A DNA stretch of 64,000 nucleotides from NCBI GenBank assembly GCA_964520655.1, contig CAZFNI010000006.1, positions 78,790 through 142,789 on the forward strand, written 5' to 3'. Source of the stretch: an uncultured Planctomycetales bacterium (GTDB lineage Bacteria; Omnitrophota; Gorgyraeia; Zapsychrales; Fredricksoniimonadaceae). Positions within the stretch are counted from its first letter, which is position 1, and the number at the start of each line of letters is the position of its first letter. A program made the position numbers and the translations under genes. Of the stretch, positions 27,416-35,543 are shown piece by piece. The notes under the pieces were generated by a model. The model was not told the origin of the DNA and did no database searches. It worked only from the letters and a program-made list of their open reading frames with translations.

Positions 27416-28359
27416 GCCGTACATTGAACGTTTTGTCCGTTGTCATTCCCTGTCATAATGAGGAAGAAGTCCTGCCTTCGACGCACAAGCATTTGACCGG
27501 TTTGTTGACCGGATTAAAGCAGTCTAAGCTGATCGGGGATTATGAGATCGTTTTCGTCAATAATGGCTCTACAGACAATACGGCTGCCGTGATGCTGCGA
27601 TTGTTCAAAGAAGATCCGCATGTGCAGGTCGTTGACCTGCGCCGCAATTTCGGCTATCAGGCCTCCATTACGTCGGGGCTGGATGCGGCCACAGGCGACG
27701 CGGTGGTGACGATCGACGCAGATCTGCAGGACCCCCCGGAGAAGATCGAGGAAATGATCCATCATTACAACAAGGGCTATGACCTGGTCCTAGGGATACG
27801 TCAGGACCGGTCGACGGATAGTTTCTTCAAACGCGTGTTCTCTCAATTTTTTTACCGTTTTTCCCAATGGATGGGGGTGGAGGTCGTTTATAATCACGGC
27901 GATTTTCGTTTGATGGCCAGATCCTTACTGGACCAATTCAAGGAAATGGCTGAGCGCGACCGCTTTATCCGGGCCATGATCCTCTATCTGGATAACCACT
28001 ATGCCAGTGTCTTTTATGAAAGGCAAAGCCGCAAGATGGGTCGGACTAAATTCTTTGTCGGGGATCTGCTGGCACTTGCCATGGACGGCATTATTTCGTA
28101 TTCGTATAAACCTTTGCGCATGATGTCTTTGTTCGGGTTATTTACCAGTATAGTTGCGCTTGTCCTGGCCTGCTGGGTCGTTTATATGAAATTGATGTTT
28201 AACATCATCATGGGCTGGGCCTCAACCTTGCTGCCCATTGTATTTTTCGGCGGTATCCAGTCATTGTTCCTGGGGATCATCGGTGAATATGTCGGTCGAC
28301 TTTACGCGGAGGTCAAAGCCCGTCCTCTTTACGCTATCCGCGCCATCCATAAACATTGA
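27412..28359 (+). CDS. Family 2 glycosyltransferase, polyprenyl-phosphate sugar transferase type (GtrB/ArnC/DPM1-like)
   Basis: GT2 DxD motifs (TIDADLQD) in an N-terminal catalytic domain, followed by two C-terminal TM helices. Confidence 0.8.
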   Translation: MSRTLNVLSVVIPCHNEEEVLPSTHKHLTGLLTGLKQSKLIGDYEIVFVNNGSTDNTAAVMLRLFKEDPHVQVVDLRRNFGYQASITSGLDAATGDAVVTIDADLQDPPEKIEEMIHHYNKGYDLVLGIRQDRSTDSFFKRVFSQFFYRFSQWMGVEVVYNHGDFRLMARSLLDQFKEMAERDRFIRAMILYLDNHYASVFYERQSRKMGRTKFFVGDLLALAMDGIISYSYKPLRMMSLFGLFTSIVALVLACWVVYMKLMFNIIMGWASTLLPIVFFGGIQSLFLGIIGEYVGRLYAEVKARPLYAIRAIHKH

Positions 28360-28438
28360 CCTAAAGGGATATCTCTGATCTTCCCTTGAGCAACACTTTT
28401 TTTGGCAAAATAGCCGAATATCGTGTACACTTTCTCCT

Positions 28439-29221
28439 ATGACCGAAGAATCTAAACCAACACCACAAGCAACCCCGACTTTGGGGGTTCCGCCCCAGAA
28501 GAAGGGCTTTAAGATCAAGGCCGGTGCCGTCTTGACCGTCTTGGCTGTCCTTATATTGGGGGCCGGCGAAGCAGTGATATTCTTAAGGCATTCCAATCAG
28601 ATCGATCAGACCCAAAAAGATGCCGTTGATCAGAAAGACATGCTTAACAGCGTCAATGTCCAGATCAGCAGCCTTAATGATAAGCTTAAGGAAATGAAGA
28701 AACAGAACGATGCCCTGGAAGTGGCCATTGCCGGCCAACAGGGGACGGTTGACTCTATCAGAAAAGATTATGGCGTGTTCCAGGTCAAGGCCAAGAGCGT
28801 TGAGGGTAAATTAAGTGAACTGAAAGAAGAATTCAATGACAAATTTGTCCGTTCCGAGAAAGAAATAAGGGACGTAAGAACATTGATCGAACCGCTCAAA
28901 TCCGGGATCAACTTAGTCAAAGATAATACGGAAGCCTGGCAGAAAGATTATATGGCCACGTTAAATGACCTGCAGAACAGGGTAGCCCAGGTCTCGGCGG
29001 ATGTGGAAAAGGCGGATCAGGAACTTTATAAAAAGATCGAGTTCATCAGCATGGTCCAGGAAAAGATGATCCGGGACCTGTCTTTAGATAATCCTTCATT
29101 AAGGGGCAAATCTCCCGAGATCCCCGATCCGACCCAGGTCATGCACCGGGAAACGGTCAATAATTCTCAGCCCGAACCTCAAGAAAAGATCGACCAGCCG
29201 GCTGAGGATCTCTCCAAGTAA
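28439..29221 (+). CDS. Hypothetical membrane-anchored coiled-coil protein
   Basis: N-terminal TM helix (AVLTVLAVLILGAG), then a long heptad-rich charged region. Confidence 0.5.
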   Translation: MTEESKPTPQATPTLGVPPQKKGFKIKAGAVLTVLAVLILGAGEAVIFLRHSNQIDQTQKDAVDQKDMLNSVNVQISSLNDKLKEMKKQNDALEVAIAGQQGTVDSIRKDYGVFQVKAKSVEGKLSELKEEFNDKFVRSEKEIRDVRTLIEPLKSGINLVKDNTEAWQKDYMATLNDLQNRVAQVSADVEKADQELYKKIEFISMVQEKMIRDLSLDNPSLRGKSPEIPDPTQVMHRETVNNSQPEPQEKIDQPAEDLSK

Positions 29222-29229
29222 CGTTTGAT

Positions 29230-29889
29230 CTATTGATGTATCTTTTTCTTATTTAATTCGTAGATAATATCCAGCAGGATCAAGATTGCGGCCAGTCCAA
29301 GCAGGAAAATGCCTTTGGGGCTGATGCTTTTGTGTTCGATGAGCAGGCGTGTTTTCAGGTGGAACGCGATCATGAGGATGATGACCCAGAAAAAAGGTTT
29401 ATGTTCCTTGCTGTCGATCAGGCGTTTTAAACTAAAGGGCCATTTCTCGCCTTGGGGGTAAGGGTTAAGGGTCGGCAACATGGCAGGGACTTTGGCGGTG
29501 TAATTGCGGTAGTCCTCGCCGAATTTGGCCTCCAGCATTCCTTGTTCGTCACGGATCGTTTTGTAATAGATCAATGCCAAAGCCAGGATAAACAGCAGGC
29601 CAGCCCATCCCGTGTTCAGTAGAATGCAGAAGCCGATACAGATCAGAAAAGTTCCCAGATATAACGGATTGCGGACAAATGCATAAGGGCCTGAAGTTGT
29701 CAGGCGGTCATTCTTGATGGCATAGCCGTTGGACCACAGGCGGATGAGCAGCCCGGCGATCACATATCCCACGCTGGCGCGGATGGAATGTTCGGTTGTC
29801 TGTCCGAAAATAGCGACTAAGATCCCGAAAGGATAGATGACAGCAAATCGGGGTTTGAACCAGCGGTTTAAGCGGTGCGATAAATTCAT
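29230..29889 (-). CDS. Isoprenylcysteine carboxyl methyltransferase (ICMT/PEMT) family membrane methyltransferase
   Basis: GPYAFVRNPLYLG...EEQGMLEAKFGEDYRNY motif set. Confidence 0.7.
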   Translation of the reverse strand: MNLSHRLNRWFKPRFAVIYPFGILVAIFGQTTEHSIRASVGYVIAGLLIRLWSNGYAIKNDRLTTSGPYAFVRNPLYLGTFLICIGFCILLNTGWAGLLFILALALIYYKTIRDEQGMLEAKFGEDYRNYTAKVPAMLPTLNPYPQGEKWPFSLKRLIDSKEHKPFFWVIILMIAFHLKTRLLIEHKSISPKGIFLLGLAAILILLDIIYELNKKKIHQ

Positions 29890-29916
29890 AACAGGTATTA
29901 TACAAAAAAAATTTGA

Positions 29917-30384
29917 TTAAGCCAGCATTCCCCAGAGAATTCTGAGCGCGGCATTCTTGGCAAGGGTTTTATTTTGCAAGCGGCTGCCGTTGAAATGATA
30001 TTGTTTGACGACAGTGTTCTTTTTCGAGCATACAGCGATATAGATCAGTCCAACGGGTTTGTGCTTATTGCCGCCTGTAGGGCCGGCAATGCCGGTGATG
30101 GCGATACCGAAGTCTGTATTGTGGATCGACCGCACTCCTTGGGCCATGAGGCCAACAACCTGCGCGCTGACCGCTCCGTGAGTCTGGATGATACGGGCAG
30201 GGACTTTCAGTAATTTTGATTTAGCCATATTGTCATAGGCAATGACCCCTAAGATAAAAAAAGCGGAGGAACCGGGGATATTGGTCAGGGTGTGACACAG
30301 CAGGCCTCCGGTGCAGGACTCGGCTGCAGCCAGTGTTCTTTTGGTTGTGATCAGATTTTTTGCTATTTTTTCTTCAAGTCGCAT
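29917..30384 (-). CDS. CinA-family C-terminal-domain protein (nicotinamide-nucleotide amidohydrolase PncC-like)
   Basis: AAAESCTGGLL and GIAITGIAGP motifs of the CinA C-terminal domain. Confidence 0.8.
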   Translation of the reverse strand: MRLEEKIAKNLITTKRTLAAAESCTGGLLCHTLTNIPGSSAFFILGVIAYDNMAKSKLLKVPARIIQTHGAVSAQVVGLMAQGVRSIHNTDFGIAITGIAGPTGGNKHKPVGLIYIAVCSKKNTVVKQYHFNGSRLQNKTLAKNAALRILWGMLA

Positions 30385-30442
30385 GTTATTTAAAATAAAC
30401 AGGTTATGTAATTAGCGGGCATTATACCGCTTATCTTATTCA

Positions 30443-30471
30443 TTGACAAGGACGAAGATTTTCAATATACT
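30443..30471 (+). promoter_or_regulatory. Near-consensus sigma70 promoter upstream of ribBA (TTGACA-17-TATACT)
   Basis: TTGACA at 30443-30448, a 17 nt spacer, and TATACT at 30466-30471, about 45 nt before the ribBA ATG. Confidence 0.65.
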
Positions 30472-30515
30472 TTGCGGATACTTTTGTGGATATGTAATCA
30501 ATTTGGGAGGAGTGC

Positions 30516-31718
30516 ATGTTTAATTCAATTCCAGAGGTTTTAGAAGAGTTAAAAGCCGGCCGCATGGTCATTGTCATGGATGATGAAGGGCGCGAGAATG
30601 AAGGGGATATTTTAGTGTCCGCCCAGTTTATAACGCCTGAGATCATCAATTTCATGGCCACCAATGCCCGCGGGCTGATCTGTGTGCCGATGGAAGATGC
30701 CCGTTTATCGGCATTAGACCTGCATCCCATGAAGGAAGACAATAATTCCAAGCATCAGAAATGCAACACCGCCTGGACGGTGTCTGTGGATGCGGCTTAT
30801 GGAGTAACGACCGGTATTTCCGCGGCTGACCGCGCTAAAACGGTTGAAGTCTTGATGGATGAAAAATCCAAACCCTCTGACCTGGTGACCCCTGGCCATT
30901 TATTCCCGTTACGCGCCCGACGCGGCGGCGTTCTGGTCCGTGCTGGTCATACAGAAGCTTCTGTCGACCTGATGCGTTTGGCTGGGCTTTATCCTGCCGG
31001 TGTCATCTGTGAGATCATGAATGATGACGGCACCATGGCGCGCACCAATGACCTGATCGCTTTTGCCAAGAAACATAAATTAAAGATCTGCACGATCGAC
31101 AGTTTGATCGAATACCGCCGTAAGTCTGAAAAGTTGGTGGAGCGGGTGGAAGAAACCACCTTGCCGACCCAGGAAGGCGAATTCAAGTTAGTTGCATATA
31201 AATCCATCATTGATGATGTGATCCATTTGGCGTTGGTCAAGGGACAGATCGATGCGACGACTCCTGTTTTGGTACGCGCGCAATCCGAATGTTTGACCGG
31301 CGATATTTTTGGTTCCCTGCGCTGTGATTGCAACAGCCAGTTGAAAGCGGCGATGAAAATGATCGAGAGCGCTGGTTCAGGGGTCATTTTGTATATCCGT
31401 CAACATGAAGGACGCGGCATTGGTTTGCTCAATAAATTAAAAGCGTACAATTTGCAGGATGAGGGCATGGACACCGTGGAAGCTAATCAGGCGCTGGGTT
31501 TCCCGGCGGATTTGCGCGATTACGGCATCGGCGCGCAGATCTTAGTTGATCTGGGGGTCAAGCAGATCCGTTTGTTGACCAATAATCCTCGCAAGATTGT
31601 TGGCTTAGAGGGGTATGGACTTTCCGTCGTTGAGCGCGTGGCCATTAAAGGCGCCCATCATCCCCGGACAGAACAATATTTGAAGACCAAGAAGGAAAAA
31701 TTAGGACATATCCTTTAA
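30516..31718 (+). CDS. ribBA: Bifunctional 3,4-dihydroxy-2-butanone-4-phosphate synthase / GTP cyclohydrolase II
   Basis: DHBP synthase N-half ([15 protein letters not shown]). GTP cyclohydrolase II C-half with zinc cysteines (CLTGD...CDC) and [14 protein letters not shown]. Confidence 0.93.
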   Translation: MFNSIPEVLEELKAGRMVIVMDDEGRENEGDILVSAQFITPEIINFMATNARGLICVPMEDARLSALDLHPMKEDNNSKHQKCNTAWTVSVDAAYGVTTGISAADRAKTVEVLMDEKSKPSDLVTPGHLFPLRARRGGVLVRAGHTEASVDLMRLAGLYPAGVICEIMNDDGTMARTNDLIAFAKKHKLKICTIDSLIEYRRKSEKLVERVEETTLPTQEGEFKLVAYKSIIDDVIHLALVKGQIDATTPVLVRAQSECLTGDIFGSLRCDCNSQLKAAMKMIESAGSGVILYIRQHEGRGIGLLNKLKAYNLQDEGMDTVEANQALGFPADLRDYGIGAQILVDLGVKQIRLLTNNPRKIVGLEGYGLSVVERVAIKGAHHPRTEQYLKTKKEKLGHIL

Positions 31719-32152
31719 TGAACGCGCGCATTGCCATTGTCGCCAGCGAGTTCAATGAATTCATCAGCAAGGCTTTGCTTGCTGCATGTTTAAAAGAGTT
31801 AAAAAAGAGCGGGATCCCCGACAAAGCCATTACCACTGTCTGGGTTCCCGGTTCTTTTGAAGTTCCGCTGGCAGCATTAAAATTAGCCAAAAAGAAGAAT
31901 GTTGACGCGGTTATTTGTTTAGGCGCAGTGATCCGCGGCGAAACGTATCATTTTGAAGTTGTGGCCAATGGTGTTGCACAGGGGATCATGCAGGCATCTC
32001 TACAGTCATCAAAGCCTGTGATCATGGGAGTGCTAACCACAGACACCATCTCTCAAGCCCAGGCGCGCGCGCAAGCAAACGGCAAAGACAATAAAGGCCG
32101 CGACGCGGCAAAGACGGCGTTGGCCATGACCGCTCTTTTAAAGAGAATATAG
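31718..32152 (+). CDS. ribH: 6,7-dimethyl-8-ribityllumazine synthase
   Basis: RIAIVASEFNEFIS...VWVPGSFEVPLAA...GAVIRGETYHFEVVA family motifs. Confidence 0.92.
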   Translation: MNARIAIVASEFNEFISKALLAACLKELKKSGIPDKAITTVWVPGSFEVPLAALKLAKKKNVDAVICLGAVIRGETYHFEVVANGVAQGIMQASLQSSKPVIMGVLTTDTISQAQARAQANGKDNKGRDAAKTALAMTALLKRI

Positions 32153-32161
32153 CAGGATCAT

Positions 32162-32593
32162 ATGAGACGACGCACACTTGGACGCGAACACGCGCTAAAG
32201 ATCTTATACCAGCTGGACATCACCCAAAGGCCTCTGGAGGCGATCTTAGTTGATTACTGGAAAGCCGATGATACCAAAGATGTGAAGGATGATGTTGTCA
32301 TTGAATTCGCCGCCTCGCTCTCCAAAGGCGTCGTCCAGCATCTGAAAGCCATCGATGATAAGATCTCCGAATACGCCACGAACTGGCAGTTGAAACGCAT
32401 GGCGGTCATTGACCGCAATTCCATGCGCATCGGCCTGTATGAATTGAAATATTCTACAGAGACGCCTCCCAAGGTTGCCATCAACGAAGCGGTCGAGCTT
32501 GCCAAGAAATACGGCGACCTCGAATCAAGTAAATTCGTCAACGGCATCTTAGACAAGATCCACAAAAAAGAGATCGTCGAGCCGAGCAATTGA
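32162..32593 (+). CDS. nusB: Transcription antitermination factor NusB
   Basis: [18 protein letters not shown] and the NusB fold. Conserved ribH-nusB linkage. Confidence 0.9.
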   Translation: MRRRTLGREHALKILYQLDITQRPLEAILVDYWKADDTKDVKDDVVIEFAASLSKGVVQHLKAIDDKISEYATNWQLKRMAVIDRNSMRIGLYELKYSTETPPKVAINEAVELAKKYGDLESSKFVNGILDKIHKKEIVEPSN

Positions 32594-32594
32594 T

Positions 32595-33431
32595 ATGCGG
32601 CTGGCGGACCTGCACATCCACACATATTATTCCGACAGTACTGCTTCACCGCAAGAGGTCGTGGACGAAGCGCTAAAAGCGGGATTAGCGGCGATCGCCA
32701 TTTCCGACCATGATATTATAGACGGTGTTCTGCCGACGCAGGAAGCGGCGAAAGGCAAAGACCTGGAGATCATTTCCGGCATTGAATTGTCCGCGGAATA
32801 TGAAGGTAAGGATATCCATATGCTCGGGTATTTCATCGACGTCCATAAAGGGCCGTTGGTCGAGAAATGCCAGGTTTTCTTAAACGCGCGGGTTGAACGC
32901 ATGAAACAGATGATCATGAATCTGCGGGCGGTCGGCATCACCAATATTGATTTTGATGAAGTGGCGGCGTTGACGAAAGCTAAAGCGGTAGGCCGGGCGC
33001 ATTTGTCGTTCCTGATGGTGCAGAAAGGTATTGTCAAGAACGCCAAAGAAGCGTTTGAGAAATATCTCAGTGAAGGCTGTCCGGGATATGCGCCAAAATA
33101 TAAGCAAAGCCCATTTGAGGCGATCGATCTGATCCATCAAAGCGGAGGCTTAGCGGTGATGGCGCATCCGATGCTGACGCAGAAAGATGAGCTGATCGCG
33201 CCGATGGCCAAAGCGGGTTTAGATGGGTTGGAAATTTATTACCCTAATTGTTCGGATGCCGTGCATAATTTCTATTATGGGCTGGCTAAAAAGAACAAGC
33301 TGCTGATGACCGGCGGATCTGACGCGCACGGCAAAGCCAAACCCTATACCTATATCGGTAAAGCAACGATCGATTACGCGTTAGTTGAGAAAATGAAAGA
33401 ACGTGTGGCAGAGCGTTTGTCGCAGACATGA
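32595..33431 (+). CDS. PHP-domain phosphoesterase (TrpH/YciV-like)
   Basis: DLHIHTYYSD...ISDHD...GGSDAHG metal-binding motifs of the PHP family. Confidence 0.8.
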   Translation: MRLADLHIHTYYSDSTASPQEVVDEALKAGLAAIAISDHDIIDGVLPTQEAAKGKDLEIISGIELSAEYEGKDIHMLGYFIDVHKGPLVEKCQVFLNARVERMKQMIMNLRAVGITNIDFDEVAALTKAKAVGRAHLSFLMVQKGIVKNAKEAFEKYLSEGCPGYAPKYKQSPFEAIDLIHQSGGLAVMAHPMLTQKDELIAPMAKAGLDGLEIYYPNCSDAVHNFYYGLAKKNKLLMTGGSDAHGKAKPYTYIGKATIDYALVEKMKERVAERLSQT

Positions 33432-33433
33432 GT

Positions 33434-33606
33434 TATAGAGCTGGGGCAAGCTTCATTCAGGATTCAACCCCCCTAGCCCCCGTAACACATGCACGGGTTT
33501 TGTAAACAACGGTGGTTGCTTAACGAAAATCTAGTGGGTACGTATTCAATAGGGCCGCATGTGACGGGGGAGTTTCATCCTTCATGAACTTCCCCCAGCT
33601 CTATAA
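33434..33606 (+). repeat. ~170 bp imperfect-palindromic intergenic repeat, copy 1. Nested inverted repeats: outer TTATAGAGCTGGGG..AAGCTTCAT / ATGAACTTCCCCCAGCTCTATAA; inner CCCCCGTAACACATGCAC / GCATGTGACGGGGG.
   Basis: Directly visible nested inverted repeats. Copy 2 at 34685-34841 matches the reverse complement of this copy at ~85% over the arms. Confidence 0.7.
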
Positions 33607-33629
33607 CGGCATATAATGAGGTAACCGTT

Positions 33630-34691
33630 TTGTCAGAACATTTGAAATATATGTCTCAGGCCTACGAGCTGGCCCTGCGAGGATGGGGGCGGGTCAGCCC
33701 TAATCCCATGGTCGGGGCTGTGCTTGTTAAGTCGGGCAAGGTGATCGCCAGGGGGTTTCACGCCTATTATGGCGGTCCTCATGCCGAAGCAGCGGCGATC
33801 AAAACCGCTGGGGCGAAGGCCAAAGGCGCGCATTTGTATGTCACACTTGAGCCATGTTCGCATTTCGGCAAGACCCCACCTTGTACACAGGCGATCATTG
33901 ATGCTGGTATTACAAAAGTTTTTGTCGGTGTCAAAGACCCTAACCCGTGCATGAATGGCAAGTCCATCACGCTGTTAAAGAAAGCGGGGATCAACGTCGA
34001 GGTTGGCTTCCTTGAAGATGAGCTGTTGCGATTAAATGAAAGTTTCAACAAGCATGTGAAAAGCGGTATGCCGTTTGTGACTGCGAAGATCGCCCAGACG
34101 CTTGACGGGAAGATCGCTAATTCAAATGGTGATTCCAAATGGATCACAGGTCAGGACGCCCGTGATTACGCGCATGAATTAAGGTTCGGATTTGACGCCA
34201 TTATCGTCGGCATCAATACGGTCTTAAAAGACGACCCAGCCTTAAACAGTGTTCCCCGCAAATCCATCAAGAAGGTCATCCTGGATACGCATTTGCAAAT
34301 GCCTTCCAAGGGTCGGATTTACACACAAACACCGCCGGAAGATATTCTGATCTTTACAACTTCAAAAAAGATCAAGAAGCTTAATGCGACGATCATTCAA
34401 GCGCCTTTGAAAAATAACAAGGTAGACCTTAAATGGGTGCTGCGCTATTTAGGCCGGATAGGCGTTGCCAATCTGTTGATCGAGGGTGGCGCCAAGGTCA
34501 TCGGTAATGCTTTAAATGAAAAGCTGGTCGATAAAATGATGGTCTATGTCGCGCCTAAGATCATGGGCGACGGGATCAATGCAATCGCTGGCATGACAAC
34601 AAAAGATATTAGCAAGATATTAACGCTAAAAGATGTACAAATGGGCAGGATAGGCGAGGATCTTTTTATCGAGGCGCCAATTAAGGGGTAG
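33630..34691 (+). CDS. ribD: Bifunctional diaminohydroxyphosphoribosylaminopyrimidine deaminase / 5-amino-6-(5-phosphoribosylamino)uracil reductase
   Basis: Deaminase zinc motifs (HAE...PCSHFGKTPPC) and a reductase C-domain. TTG start at 33630 with GAGG 9 nt upstream. The alternative ATG at 33651 gives MSQAYELAL. Confidence 0.9.
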   Translation: MSEHLKYMSQAYELALRGWGRVSPNPMVGAVLVKSGKVIARGFHAYYGGPHAEAAAIKTAGAKAKGAHLYVTLEPCSHFGKTPPCTQAIIDAGITKVFVGVKDPNPCMNGKSITLLKKAGINVEVGFLEDELLRLNESFNKHVKSGMPFVTAKIAQTLDGKIANSNGDSKWITGQDARDYAHELRFGFDAIIVGINTVLKDDPALNSVPRKSIKKVILDTHLQMPSKGRIYTQTPPEDILIFTTSKKIKKLNATIIQAPLKNNKVDLKWVLRYLGRIGVANLLIEGGAKVIGNALNEKLVDKMMVYVAPKIMGDGINAIAGMTTKDISKILTLKDVQMGRIGEDLFIEAPIKG

Positions 34692-34841
34692 GATAAGTTC
34701 GTGAGGGGCGAAACCACCCCCGTCACATGCCACCCTAAACGAAACCAACAAACACATCAAATAAACCGTTCGCGAAACGAATTTGTGCATGTGTTACGGG
34801 GGATGGGGGGTGTTGAGCCCCGAACGAAGCTTATCCTACCC
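34685..34841 (-). repeat. ~160 bp imperfect-palindromic intergenic repeat, copy 2, inverted relative to copy 1. Overlaps the ribD stop codon and sits upstream of ribE.
   Basis: Outer inverted repeat GGGGTAGGATAAGTTCGTGAGGGGC / GCCCCGAACGAAGCTTATCCTACCCC. Inner CCCCCGTCACATGCC / GCATGTGTTACGGGGG. Its reverse complement aligns with copy 1 (AAGCTTC.TTC.GG..TCAAC.CCCCC.A.CCCCCGTAACACATGCAC). Confidence 0.7.
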
Positions 34842-34879
34842 CTTAATCCATGCTAGATATTAATAAATGGAGAGCACAT

Positions 34880-35461
34880 ATGTTTACCGGCATTATTGAA
34901 CAATTAGGCAAAGTCAGATCAATTGAAGCGAAAAAGAATTTGATCGTTTATGAGGTCGATTGCGGAAAATTAGCCAAGCAGATCAAGGTGGGGGACAGCG
35001 TGGCGATCAACGGCGTATGCCTGACGGTGACAAGAAAGAAAGGCAATGCCGTTTCTTTTGACCTGATGCGCGAGACGATCGAAAAAACTTCGCTTAAACA
35101 GATCAAGGCCGGCAGCGGTGTCAATATGGAGTTGGCATTAAGGGCTAACGGTCGTTTGGGCGGGCACTTTGTCACCGGACATGTTGATGAGGTCGGTGTC
35201 ATCACCTCCATTGAGCGTGAACCCAACTGGGTCGCTATGACCGTTGCCGTTTCCAAAGAAGCCATCAGGCACTTGGTCCATAAAGGTTCAGTAGCCTTAG
35301 ACGGGATAAGCTTGACCGTCGGCAAGGTCACCAAGAAGGACTTTTGCGTGTATTTGATCCCGTACACGCTCGAGGTTACCAACCTCTCGGCCAAGAAAAA
35401 AGGCGATCTGCTCAATATCGAAACGGATATCCTTGCTAAATATATTCTTAATAAAGAATAG
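34880..35461 (+). CDS. ribE: Riboflavin synthase (alpha subunit)
   Basis: MFTGIIEQLGKV, the internal duplicated half (GHFVTGHVD) and the classic N-terminus. The start was chosen at the MFTGII methionine. Confidence 0.9.
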   Translation: MFTGIIEQLGKVRSIEAKKNLIVYEVDCGKLAKQIKVGDSVAINGVCLTVTRKKGNAVSFDLMRETIEKTSLKQIKAGSGVNMELALRANGRLGGHFVTGHVDEVGVITSIEREPNWVAMTVAVSKEAIRHLVHKGSVALDGISLTVGKVTKKDFCVYLIPYTLEVTNLSAKKKGDLLNIETDILAKYILNKE

Positions 35462-35543
35462 TTTTTTGGGGGGCTGACCCTGATTTAAAAAATTTGACAT
35501 ATCCCTGATAAAGTCCTAGGATAAAGCCAGTAGCGCATCCACA

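Noticed and set aside
28360-28438. Intrinsic terminator after the GT2 gene (AAGGGATATCTCTGATCTTCCCTT)
   Set aside because: The stem is only 6 bp with a 12-nt loop and no U-tract, which is too weak to call.
33432-33629. Possible FMN (RFN) riboswitch in the structured region upstream of ribD
   Set aside because: The conserved RFN core segments (GGATTCAG...GCTGAAGCCGACAGTGAAAGTCTGGATGGGAGA type) are absent. The structure is instead a long imperfect palindrome that recurs in inverted orientation downstream of ribD, which fits a repeat element better than a riboswitch.
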